Origin: Zancudomyces culisetae HAW-14-8
Lineage: Eukaryota; Fungi; Kickxellomycota
NCBI GenBank assembly: GCA_052426225.1
Contig: JBNJNM010000021.1
Span: forward strand, 744,001 to 808,000
Direction: 5' to 3'
Length of the DNA stretch: 64,000 nucleotides
Shown: piece by piece, positions 54,491 through 64,000 of the stretch
Position numbering within the stretch: the first letter of the stretch is position 1
Layout of the letters: the number at the start of each line of letters is the position of its first letter
Notes under the pieces: model-generated
Databases searched by the model: none
Told to the model about the DNA's origin: nothing
The model's input: only the letters and a program-made list of their open reading frames with translations
Position numbers and translations under genes: made by a program

Positions 54491-56608
54491 TTATTCATCT
54501 GTGTAATTATCAGAGCCGGAGATGGATAAAATTAAAGGAAGGAGAGTGTTCACAAATTTATGCACGCTGAAGTTGGTTCTGGAGGGGAATCCAAAAATCC
54601 TAGATGGCATATATGGTGTATAGATTTTTCCAGGCAGACTAGGCTCGCAATCGTTGAAGGGGGGTGTGTTGAAGTCAGTATCAAATTTTAGAATATTTTG
54701 GTAATTCTGTGAGTGGTTGATGTGTGATGATTCTTTATGATTGTTAGACATAACAACACCAAAATATGACATTGTTTTAAAAAAGTTTTCATCTTCATCA
54801 CTGCTGAGTGTGGTCATAGGATAATCCATATACTGTTCCAAGGACAAAACTTTAAATTTGTGGGTGGGGTCGGTTAGAATACAGCAAATTCGCTCAACAG
54901 AGACGGAGCTGTTCATAACAAACCAAGGATTGATATCACATTCTGTTATTGCAGCATTTAAAAGTAAACTGGGAATAACTTTGGCTGCCCGGTTCATACT
55001 GAAAAAATACTCCTTTATTCTGCTAACACAATTATAGAGCTCGGTATACATTCCTTTGCCCTGAGAAAGCGGCTCAACCTCATTTAGCATTTGTAAGAGA
55101 AAGGCTTTCCCCTCAATGATAGAGCTATACTTTGGGTGGTCTGTTATATAACTGGCATTAATTAATGCTATCATAGTCCAGAATGTCAAGGTGCAAAGAT
55201 CCACATCTAGGTAGGTCGTTGGGATATTACTATACCCCCACTTTAGAAGCTCAATGGCATTTAAAGCATCTCCAATACACATCATCTTTGCTATTTTAAC
55301 CCTCCAGGATTCGTTCGATAAATGTACAAGGTAGGTAATTTCGGTCAGACACAAGTGGATTCTAATATTAATTACAAGTATATGCAAGTTCCATAGCCTA
55401 AAGAGAATATATTTAACAGAGTTTTCATCGATAATGAGAAAGTTGATGTTTTCGAATAGCTTTATCTTTTGAAGCGTATCTATTGTGTAGTATTTAAGAA
55501 TTTTTGATATAACGTTGACCTGCTTCGATACACCAATATACTGCTGAAAATCAAGTTCATAATTGTTTTTAATATATGATATTCGTCTATTGTGAAAAGA
55601 AGAAACACGGTTGTGAACAGCAAAGATCATGCACTCTATCCTTGTAATATCTGGGTTTATACGCCTACTCTCGCTAGAGCGAATTAGAGTTTGACTTTGA
55701 AACAGAGTGCCATGTGGGTAAGATTTTTTATATTCAATACAGTTTCTCCATCCGTAATCGTTTTCCGGTGGTTTGTTTCCGCTACTAGTGAGTCCTGGGT
55801 AAAATGTTGTTTTCACTATTCCAAAAACAATACTATTTTCAAGGTAAATCATCCAAAACAACCTCCTTTTAAATTCCATGATATCTCTATCCAAGTTCTG
55901 TTTTTTTAGAAAAGAACGGGAATCGGTATCAACCTTATGTAGTCTCAGCAGAATGCATAATCGGCTATTTCTGATTAATTGTATCTGTGCGTTGCTTCCT
56001 AACCTACTATGAAACATGTATTTTATCATAACCTGACGACACCATAAATGGTTCAACCGAGGCTTGTAAAGCTTATTATCAAGTGTTTTGTTGATATATG
56101 CCGTCATTTTTTCTATCCTTTTTGGAGTTATTATTTTTGGCACCCTGGAATGGGGCAGGATTTTAGACCCAAGAACCACCAATGCATAAATCATATATTT
56201 GGGAAGCCGCAGGTTTCTTATATTTTCTATTAACATAGGTGTTCTCACTGGTATCATAAGATTTGGTGTTAGAAATACACAATACTCCACAATCTCTACC
56301 AAGAATTTCACAAAGTTGATCGTATGTAGTTTAATTTCCTCGTCATAGTGACACTTGTATTCAAATTCACTACTTTCTACTTTTTTTATTAATACGTACT
56401 CGAAAATGTCCTCGTATAGTTTACTAAAGCTTTCTTTCTCGTTCTCTTTTATATACTTTACACGCTTATTATTATTGACAACATTAAGTATATCCGCTGT
56501 TTTGGAGTTTATCCTATCAACTAGCTCTTTGACACTGTTAAGCGCTGATCGTCTTTCTTTTTTGTTCGATTCCCGTGTCATTCTTTCGGATATTTCCCTT
56601 TCCTTCAC
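54491..56608 (-). CDS. Divergent fungal transcription-factor middle-homology-region-like helical protein (5' exons unresolved)
   Basis: 705-aa ORF. The LLRLHKVD...EFKRRLFWMIYL motif resembles the fungal_TF_MHR signature. No Zn2Cys6 cluster was found in-frame. Confidence 0.55.
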   Translation of the reverse strand: MKEREISERMTRESNKKERRSALNSVKELVDRINSKTADILNVVNNNKRVKYIKENEKESFSKLYEDIFEYVLIKKVESSEFEYKCHYDEEIKLHTINFVKFLVEIVEYCVFLTPNLMIPVRTPMLIENIRNLRLPKYMIYALVVLGSKILPHSRVPKIITPKRIEKMTAYINKTLDNKLYKPRLNHLWCRQVMIKYMFHSRLGSNAQIQLIRNSRLCILLRLHKVDTDSRSFLKKQNLDRDIMEFKRRLFWMIYLENSIVFGIVKTTFYPGLTSSGNKPPENDYGWRNCIEYKKSYPHGTLFQSQTLIRSSESRRINPDITRIECMIFAVHNRVSSFHNRRISYIKNNYELDFQQYIGVSKQVNVISKILKYYTIDTLQKIKLFENINFLIIDENSVKYILFRLWNLHILVINIRIHLCLTEITYLVHLSNESWRVKIAKMMCIGDALNAIELLKWGYSNIPTTYLDVDLCTLTFWTMIALINASYITDHPKYSSIIEGKAFLLQMLNEVEPLSQGKGMYTELYNCVSRIKEYFFSMNRAAKVIPSLLLNAAITECDINPWFVMNSSVSVERICCILTDPTHKFKVLSLEQYMDYPMTTLSSDEDENFFKTMSYFGVVMSNNHKESSHINHSQNYQNILKFDTDFNTPPFNDCEPSLPGKIYTPYMPSRIFGFPSRTNFSVHKFVNTLLPLILSISGSDNYTDE

Positions 56609-56643
56609 ACAGGTTCTCCCCTTTCCCTATCCAGTTCCTTTTT

Positions 56644-56828
56644 GTAGTTGTAGTAGTTGTAGTAGTTGTAGTTGTAGTAGTTGTAGTTGTAGTAGTTGTA
56701 GTTGTAGTAGTTGTAGTTGTAGTAGTTGTAGTTGTAGTAGTAGTAGTTGTAGTAGTTGTTGTTGTAGTTGTAGTAGTAGTAGTTGTAGTAGTTGTTGTTG
56801 TAGTTGTTGTTGTTGTGGTGGTGGTGGT
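56644..56828. repeat. Compound trinucleotide microsatellite (GTA/GTT/GTG)n, ~60 units with higher-order periodicity
   Basis: Read directly. 15-bp (GTAGTTGTAGTAGTT) and ~36-bp super-repeats. Confidence 0.92.
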
Positions 56829-59259
56829 TTTTGTCTTTTTGTATTATTTTTATTTAGCTCCGGTACTCTTCTAGACACAGTATTGCCTTGTTGGAAAAAT
56901 AGAAATATCTGTAATACTCCGTAAAAATACCTATCTTTGCTGCACAAGCCGTTGATTCATAACGAATGTTTGTATTTTGTGCTAGTAGTGTCAGTAATGG
57001 ATAGCTACAATTCTCATCGAAAGGAAAAGGGACCTGTTATATAAATATAAATATAACTATATTTATTTAATTTTATCTACCCGTCTTAAGGAGTTAAGTT
57101 GGTTGTAACTTAACGTTCAAAAAAACTTCCGGTTCAGCGTTTTTTGGTGGCTTTTAATTGTGGATATTTATGCTGGGGTATTGATATTGTATATTTATTT
57201 ATATTTTTTTAGATCAATTTATTATTTTTTGTTATTATGTTGTAATTTCCAGGAGGTTTATGAAATGATTTTTACACAGGAGGTTAAATATAAATTTAGG
57301 ATGAATACTTGATTTGCACTTTAAATATGATAAAGCAGATCTGGGCACAACGGGTGAACTCTAAAGGTGCTCTGGCTGTAATCACACATTACGTTCGTTG
57401 TTTTGATTTAATGTTGCCTTTAGAAAAACTATCATTTGGTGATAGATCGCCAATCCTAATTCGGGCACTTGAAAACAAAAATAAAAACAGACAAAAAAAA
57501 AAGATTAAGAAATACTGTTCTCAAATAATCTACCCGCACTGATTTTACAATTTGGCCATTACATAGTGTTAGTCGTTAAATGAGTTTATATTTGCTATGA
57601 GGGCCAGTCGAACCTTCACTAAAAATATTTTTCCCATTTTTCCCATTTTTTCCAGTCTATTATCATATATTATATTATAAATTGAATTGTTCAAAATGGT
57701 TTTATTAAATGTATTGCTTTTACTTAAACTAATTGCTATTTTCAATATTTCTGATTTTGATTCGAATCTTCACAAAAGAATAAAGTATTTTCCCCCTCAA
57801 TTACTGAAGGCCAGGCCACACTTTATAAATTAACACAATAACAAAGTTGAAGTTTCAACCTGGGTGCTAATATCACTTACAGAGCTGCTATTTTGGCCCT
57901 TTTTCTCGTAATTTGGCAAAAATAAAGCCTACTTTTCGTTACAAAAGTAAAGGAGCCGATGTTTCACAAGTTTTGCCGATAGTTTTTGTAATATGGAGCC
58001 TCCCAACCAACCTCAACATGTAGAGTCATGGCTGATTTGAAATGGTGATGGGAAAGGCATTTATAATTCAATGACTATGAGCGAATAGTAAACGAAAAGT
58101 GATCGCTTTGATAAAATGCTAGAAATTTGATTTTTACATAATTTCACGGGTTCAAGAAGGTGTTATTTCCTTATAGGGACAATTACAAAAGTAGAGCTAT
58201 CGTCATGTCATCATAAAGACACGCATACTTTCTGTACGGAGTTTATCCTCTCTAATGAAAATATATGTTTGGTAATATTAAATGACATATTCTAAAAAAA
58301 GTGTTTGAATTTATGAAAATCTCAAATGTACACGTGCTTTGGCAAAAAAGAAGCGCATGTTGACTCAAAAAACCGAAAAATGCATTTAAGACAAATGAGA
58401 AAACAGGGGTACTAAGCCAATTTCATTAATTTCATCAATAGAATCTCATTTTTTGAAGCAAAGAGTTTAAAAAACCTATCCATACGAGCCTACTCGTCCT
58501 AATTAGTGTTCAGCTCGCTTTTCGCATCAACTAACAGGACTTTTGAAGCCTGTTTAAATCCCAAATAAATATCCGTTTTTGGTTTTTCAAAAATAATTTT
58601 TTCGCATACACTATTAACAACGTAATAAATAACTTTATCAGATGATTCTCATTTGCTCCTCACTAGTTGAATATTCAGAATTTGTTAAAATTTTATTGTA
58701 ATTATGTAAATAAATCATCACATATTTGACTACTAACCAACTTAACTGGCTAAAATGAACCGGACCAAATAAAAAAACTTTATACGTCCACTGTTATTAC
58801 CGTGTAGTATTTTTTTTCATCACTTTTGAGTGAAAATAGCACCCGGCCATAGGATAGCCAGGTTGAGTCATTCCATATATTATTTCTTTGGCTGCTATAC
58901 CATATATCAAAACAAACCGTCATTCTGGATTAAATGGGGAAGAGATCATTCCAAGAAAACATAATTCCAAACAGTGTTATGAAAATGATCTAACCAACCC
59001 TGCAAAAACAATATGTTGTTTTCCAAAAACAAATAACACCACGTCACATATTTCCGAACTATACTCTTTTTTTCAAATAAAAGTGTTTCAAGTGCTCCAT
59101 ATGTATCATACAGGGGTTTAGAAATGACTACAATGTAGACCCGAAACAAGACGGATGTTGTCTACCACCAGGCAAAGACATTTGTGACAAAAGTATTGGG
59201 CGAGGAGCATAGAATAATCATTGTGTTTTTTTCGGCGGGATAAAAGTTTAGATAATTTA

Positions 59260-59394
59260 AAGTTCCTAAAAAATACATATTAAACTAAAGTAACCTTATT
59301 ATCCTATTTCCCCCTAGACACTTGAAAGTCACCGCACCCGATGGACATTGGTTTAAGGCGATCGGCCGCTTTAATGATTCTCTTCACTAGGTAG
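59260..59394 (-). mobile_element. Degenerate 3'-end fragment of the same non-LTR retrotransposon family (copy C)
   Basis: 59337-59358 matches 59971-59992 at 20/22. CACTAGGTAG and AGTTCCTAAAAAA are shared. The translation LNQCPSG..T....G.IG* has frameshifts. Confidence 0.8.
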
Positions 59395-59419
59395 TTGATT
59401 GAGAATACTCATTTGCTCA

Positions 59420-59829
59420 ATATTTTATTAGATAAACAGCACAAAACTGCAAAAAATTAACCTTGCAAAATATCGACCTAGCCAATTCTATTCCATCTTT
59501 CCAAGGACCCAGCTCATTTTTTTTTCGTGTAATAATTGCTGAGTTGAGCATCTAGAGTTGCTGAAATTCTACTTAACAGATGGTCTAATTCCAATTCTTT
59601 ACTTTCCTGATAATATTCTTTGTTTATGTTGTTTGAAATACTAAATCGTTTGTTATTATAATTATAACCTATCCTGTCCAGCTTTATTAGCTCTATTCGC
59701 TTTAAAAACTTTACTAGTGCTATTAACACCACTACCGGTGATTGTGGTTTGCTTATGGCCTTTACCCTGTGACAGGGGTAGTTTTAGTGCCTCTTGCTTC
59801 TAAGCAGTATCTCATTTGGTATTACTGTG
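59420..59829 (-). mobile_element. Older, diverged non-LTR retrotransposon 3' fragment (copy B)
   Basis: Stop-interrupted frame ...VVLIALVKFLKRIE... ending SLERWNRIG* parallels copy A (AVVSTARFLNE...TLESRRGIG*). AATAAA lies ~50 nt after the stop. Confidence 0.45.
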
Positions 59830-60386
59830 TTTTTTTTTGTTTTTTTTTTTTTTTTTTTTTTTTTTTGTAGAAAAAAAATTTATTTAGAAAATAAACAGTT
59901 CCTAAAAAAATAAAAACAATCTATATTCTAAACTCATCCTATTCCCCTTCGACTCTCTAGAGTCTCCGTACCCGATGGGCATTGGTTCAAGGGGAGTGGG
60001 ACTACACTAATGTCTTTCAACACTAGGTAGCGAGGTAAAAAGGTCTCGTTAAGAAACCGGGCTGTGGAAACCACTGCTCTAACGCAAGTGGCGTTTGGAT
60101 CCCGAAGAATCCCAGGTAGTTTGAGCTTTAACTCCTCCCCCAGGAGTTTACCCACGATTTTCCTGCGAAGCTCAACACACTCGGAAATCGTGCTAGATAA
60201 AAAAGAACTATAATAATCTATAAATTCAGTAAGTAAATCATTCCTAATTTCGTCCCATCTACTGCAATCTAATAAGTAATGCTCAACTGTTTCTTTTTCT
60301 TCTTTCTTACAGAACGGACATTTGGCTTTGTAATCTGGATCTATGAAACCCGAATTTGCTAATCTCGTGGCGGTCCAAAATTGACC
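59830..60386 (-). mobile_element. 5'-truncated non-LTR (LINE-like) retrotransposon 3' end with poly(A) tail (copy A)
   Basis: Open frame GQFWTATRLANSGFIDPDYKAKCPFCKKEEKETVEHYLLDCSRW (C-x2-C...H-x4-C RT C-terminal zinc finger) runs to a stop at 59934. It is followed by a short 3' UTR, AATAAA and an A27-C-A9 tail (59830-59866). Confidence 0.88.
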
Positions 60387-60618
60387 TTGTAAATCTACAA
60401 CATATTTTCATTTTTGAAGACACACCTGTGCCATGCTTCGCATTTCCAAGACATTTGTGTACGTGTAATTTTAGAACAAACTGTTAATACCATCACAAGC
60501 AGTTATAAAGTATACATCCATATTTATATTCGCTTAAAATAAATACCATAGTAATTTTTACTTGTTAATAAAGACACGTTTAATAAAAGAGGAATGATGA
60601 ATTAAAAAAGTATATTAT

Positions 60619-61673
60619 TTATCTACGAACTGGTCTGGAGTGTGGCTTGGCCTGAGTCTTGGACACTTGTGGCTTGTTTTGTTTGTTAGCCTTTGCTTTC
60701 TCGGCAGCTACAGTCTTCTTGGCCTCCTTAGCCTTGGTGATGGCTGCAGTACGTGCGGCAGCACGTACTTCTGGCTTCTCTGAGCGGCGACTTTGAATGG
60801 CCTCCCATGATACTCCAACAATAGCACGGTTGTATTTAACTGCACGGCGAGTACGTTTCTTTGCAACCTCTTCGCTGATACCCTTGCGGTGAAGACCTCT
60901 ATACACTACAGTCCATGCAATCTTTCTTGGGTTCTTAGCTTGATGGAAGAGTGACTCGGTTTTTGAGTTCAAGAAGTGAAAGATACGACTGTCACCTCTG
61001 ACAAAGGTACGTCCGTGTCCTGGGTATATTTTCGAACCTGAGAAAGAGCAAATTTCGAGTCTAAAGTGTAATTTAGAGTAGCATACTGTTAGTGAGCACA
61101 GTTTTTATATGATAAAAAAATTGAGTGATTAAGGATATGCTGATCAAGTGTGACTAGGAATAGTTTGTGTTTTATATAGTTTCTAGAGTATAAGCATATG
61201 TATAACACCTAATCATTCAGATTAAGAAACCAGAATGGTTGCAATTCATCAAACAGTTTTCCTCCGAGCACTCATCTAGATCTGTAATCCCTAGAGTTGC
61301 CCGTGTTGGATACCATTCTTATTCAAAAACTTCAGTGTCGTAATATCCATAAAAATTGATTTAACCAATCTACCAGCCGACTACACGATACTCGTATGTA
61401 TCCTCAATTTGAATCGAGCATTTAATTGTTAAAGTCTGAGCCCGAATTGATAATCAAAATCAGAGCTAGAAACCTTGATAGCTAGAATGCTTTAATTTTT
61501 AGCTGTATTTGTATCGATTCACGGATTCAAAAATCCAAGTTATTAGAGGTTCAAAGAACTCAAAGTCACATTAATGAATGTAAAGTTCTCCCTAGTATAT
61601 ATTCCCTTATCGAGCACAGCCAGCATATCCAGAATCAAATAAAGTCCACAATTATGTGCTTAACCTACCTCAT
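60619..61673 (-). CDS. RPL24: 60S ribosomal protein L24 (eL24), 2 exons
   Basis: ATG AG|GTAGGT (61673), a 608-nt intron (61668-61061), then [35 protein letters not shown]...[13 protein letters not shown]...[16 protein letters not shown]. Confidence 0.97.
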
Positions 61674-63109
61674 CTTGCAACTAAATTCAATCCGCTATAT
61701 ATTATTTACGTTTTTTAATAGTAAATTACTATAATAGAATTTATTCAAACAGATTCTAATTTTTTAAAAGAAAAATATAAGCGTAGGACTTTGTTAACTT
61801 TTTTTTCCACTCTTTTTTTTTATCAATTTTGACTGGTGATATTTTTTACCATTGGGAAAAACTAATTCCTCTGCGAATAATGGGCCTAAATTTTGGCGGG
61901 GGTGGGAGGAGAAGAGATATTTTGTATGCATATTTTTATTCCAAGTTCCAAAACTTCGTGTTTTTATTGGTTTATATGCGGGCTTAAGCTGAAGTAACAA
62001 ATTAAATCCAAATTTCGTAGTTTAAATATAAAATTTGTTTTTTTGTTTATTATCATTTTTTTTACCAGTTTTATTTGATTTACCTAGCTATATAACAATA
62101 CACTAGATGATAACACCTGCAAGATAAAACCTCCAGACATTTTCACTATGAAGCATTCAATTTCAAAATATTTACGTTCATCAATCAGGACTGTCATTTA
62201 GGCATGTTTCAGGAATTGAAAATCCTTTGTGCCAGTACCAATTTATATTTAGCATATAATTTGAACTACTTTGAGAAATGTAAGTATATCATCTTTTTTC
62301 TAATCTAAATGGGGTGTTTAAATGTATTCTATTTGTACAGCCCTTTAACATAATTTCTCAGCTTATTTCAATAACAGTTATACTAGAAGATTCTGTTTCG
62401 ATTTGCGCATAAATTCAGACGCCATACATACCTATGACCGGAAAATTCTTGAGATTGAAAGATGCCCGCTTTTATTAAAAAGATCTTTTGCAAAGATTTT
62501 TTTAATAATAATTGTGGATTTTACAATCAAAAGCTAGAATTATGAACTAAATCGGTGTATCTTTACGTATATCGTTTTCCCCTAATGTTATAATTCTAGA
62601 TTCAAGAGTATGTTTTCCAAAACTAAGAAACATAATCATGAATGAATAAAAGATTGGCTCTGTAGACAGAGAAAAGTAAAAAATGTTTGAAAGGGGATAA
62701 AGATGAGGGAAAACTAAAGGGAAATGATGTAAGAAAGGAGATGAATATATCAACCGATATTTATATGCGTGTAAATTTCTTGGTATTTTATCTCTTTACC
62801 TTGTCATTCTTCCTTTTCCCCACTTTTTTCGCTCTTGAATATTTTTTTAAATCTCTTAATTGTACTATAGATGTTCGTTCCTCATTCATACAACACAATT
62901 ATATTTACATCGATATTCTTATTAGAAGAGTCATAATGATATGGGGCTATGATAAGAGACTGCCATTGTTGATGAATTATTTGAAATAACTCACTCAGTG
63001 AATTAACTCTGAGCAGTTTATTGGTGATATACCTAATCTAACAAAAAAAACCTCTTTGTGTAGAGAAAAAGGAAGAAAAAAAACACAATCAGATAAGTGG
63101 GGAAGATTC

Positions 63110-64000
63110 CTAAGCAATATACAGAGACCGGAAATACTCTACAACATCTTCATCCTGCTTCCTAACTAGTTCAGCTTTTTCGCGCGCAACTTTTGCAGGT
63201 CCTATGTTGACAGTGGAACTACACGCATACTCGTCGTAGGAGTAGTAATGGTCAGCTGGTGATGTAGAGACGGAAGAGCGTTTGAGGTTCTTTGGGATGA
63301 CAAAGCTGAGTTGTGGCTGGGGATACCGCGAGTCAGAAAACGAGCCCAACCCATTATCGGTTGTATTGGGGTCAGCGCCTCTACGCAATGAATTGCTTTT
63401 GTTCGAGCCGGCTAGAAACTGGGGCTCAGGCAAAACTAGCTTCGGAGCTTTCTCAGCCTTGTATGAAACGGCACCCTTCTTATTGCTGACATCTAGCGAT
63501 AGCACACGGACGCCCTTGCGCTGCTTTTCGTTATACTCATCCAATTTTTGCTTATATTCGTCAAACGCCCTTTTATAGGCCATTTTTTGCGACTCTGTAA
63601 GCCAGTTCGAGCCGAGATATTTGTTCAGATCAAAATCTTTGTCCAAGTCAATAAGTTTTGATCGTTGCGCACTGGTTCTGTCATATAACAAAAGGCGTTC
63701 TTTTAATGCCAATGCTTCATATAGCGACAATATATCCGATATTATGGATTCATCTATGGTAATACCACCAGATTGTTGTTGCATTAGTTGTCTAGCTTTG
63801 TTTGCGATAGTCGGTTTTTGTTTATTGACATTTTCAATTGATAGCTTATCTTCAAACGCTGACTCAAGTCTCTCGGGATTCCATTCGAGATCTCCATTAT
63901 CAGCATTCTTGTCAGAATACTGGCTCCCACCCTCAATTCCATTTCCCCTTTCCTTCCCCTTTCCTTTCATCACTATGGCCTCGTTTTGTGTTTTAGAGGA
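63110..64000 (-). CDS. ASC-1/TRIP4 (Rqt4)-like protein, C-terminal part; gene extends beyond the window
   Basis: ALALKERLLLYDRTSAQRSKLIDLDKDFD...NWLT...RVLSLDV matches the conserved post-zinc-finger region of TRIP4/Rqt4. Confidence 0.7.
   Translation of the reverse strand, partial: SSKTQNEAIVMKGKGKERGNGIEGGSQYSDKNADNGDLEWNPERLESAFEDKLSIENVNKQKPTIANKARQLMQQQSGGITIDESIISDILSLYEALALKERLLLYDRTSAQRSKLIDLDKDFDLNKYLGSNWLTESQKMAYKRAFDEYKQKLDEYNEKQRKGVRVLSLDVSNKKGAVSYKAEKAPKLVLPEPQFLAGSNKSNSLRRGADPNTTDNGLGSFSDSRYPQPQLSFVIPKNLKRSSVSTSPADHYYSYDEYACSSTVNIGPAKVAREKAELVRKQDEDVVEYFRSLYIA

Noticed and set aside
56355-56924. Cys/Ser-rich (metallothionein-like) and poly-Val ORFs on the + strand
   Set aside because: These are translation artefacts of the GTN microsatellite, antisense to a real gene.

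Overview
Intron-rich, AT-rich eukaryotic nuclear DNA using the standard code. It looks fungal, probably an early-diverging lineage such as Zoopagomycota (inferred from gene content and intron style; not verified). Manual splicing joins many ORF-track fragments into about 19 genes: a double-PHD Rco1-like protein, an HMG-box protein, UBC7/UBE2G-type E2, NRK1-like kinase, a multi-OB-fold (CDC24_OB-like) protein, a UBA-UAS-UBX protein, CCT3, a Tim17-like membrane protein, an aquaglyceroporin, RPL34, ATM1, a MetR/Zip1-like bZIP, a BED-finger hAT-derived protein, an Rxt2-like protein, TFIIA large subunit, proteasome beta6, a fungal TF-like helical protein, RPL24 and a partial RQT4/TRIP4-like gene. 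The most unusual signals are: (1) a 20-nt U2-snRNA-like segment just inside the RPL34 5'-UTR intron, with a complementary U6-like motif in the RPL24 intron; (2) a ~500-nt hairpin-dense, GC-richer element downstream of RPL34; (3) a head-to-tail stack of non-LTR retrotransposon 3' ends just downstream of RPL24; (4) an intron in the OB-fold gene that appears to need a non-AG acceptor. No tRNA, rRNA or CRISPR features were found.
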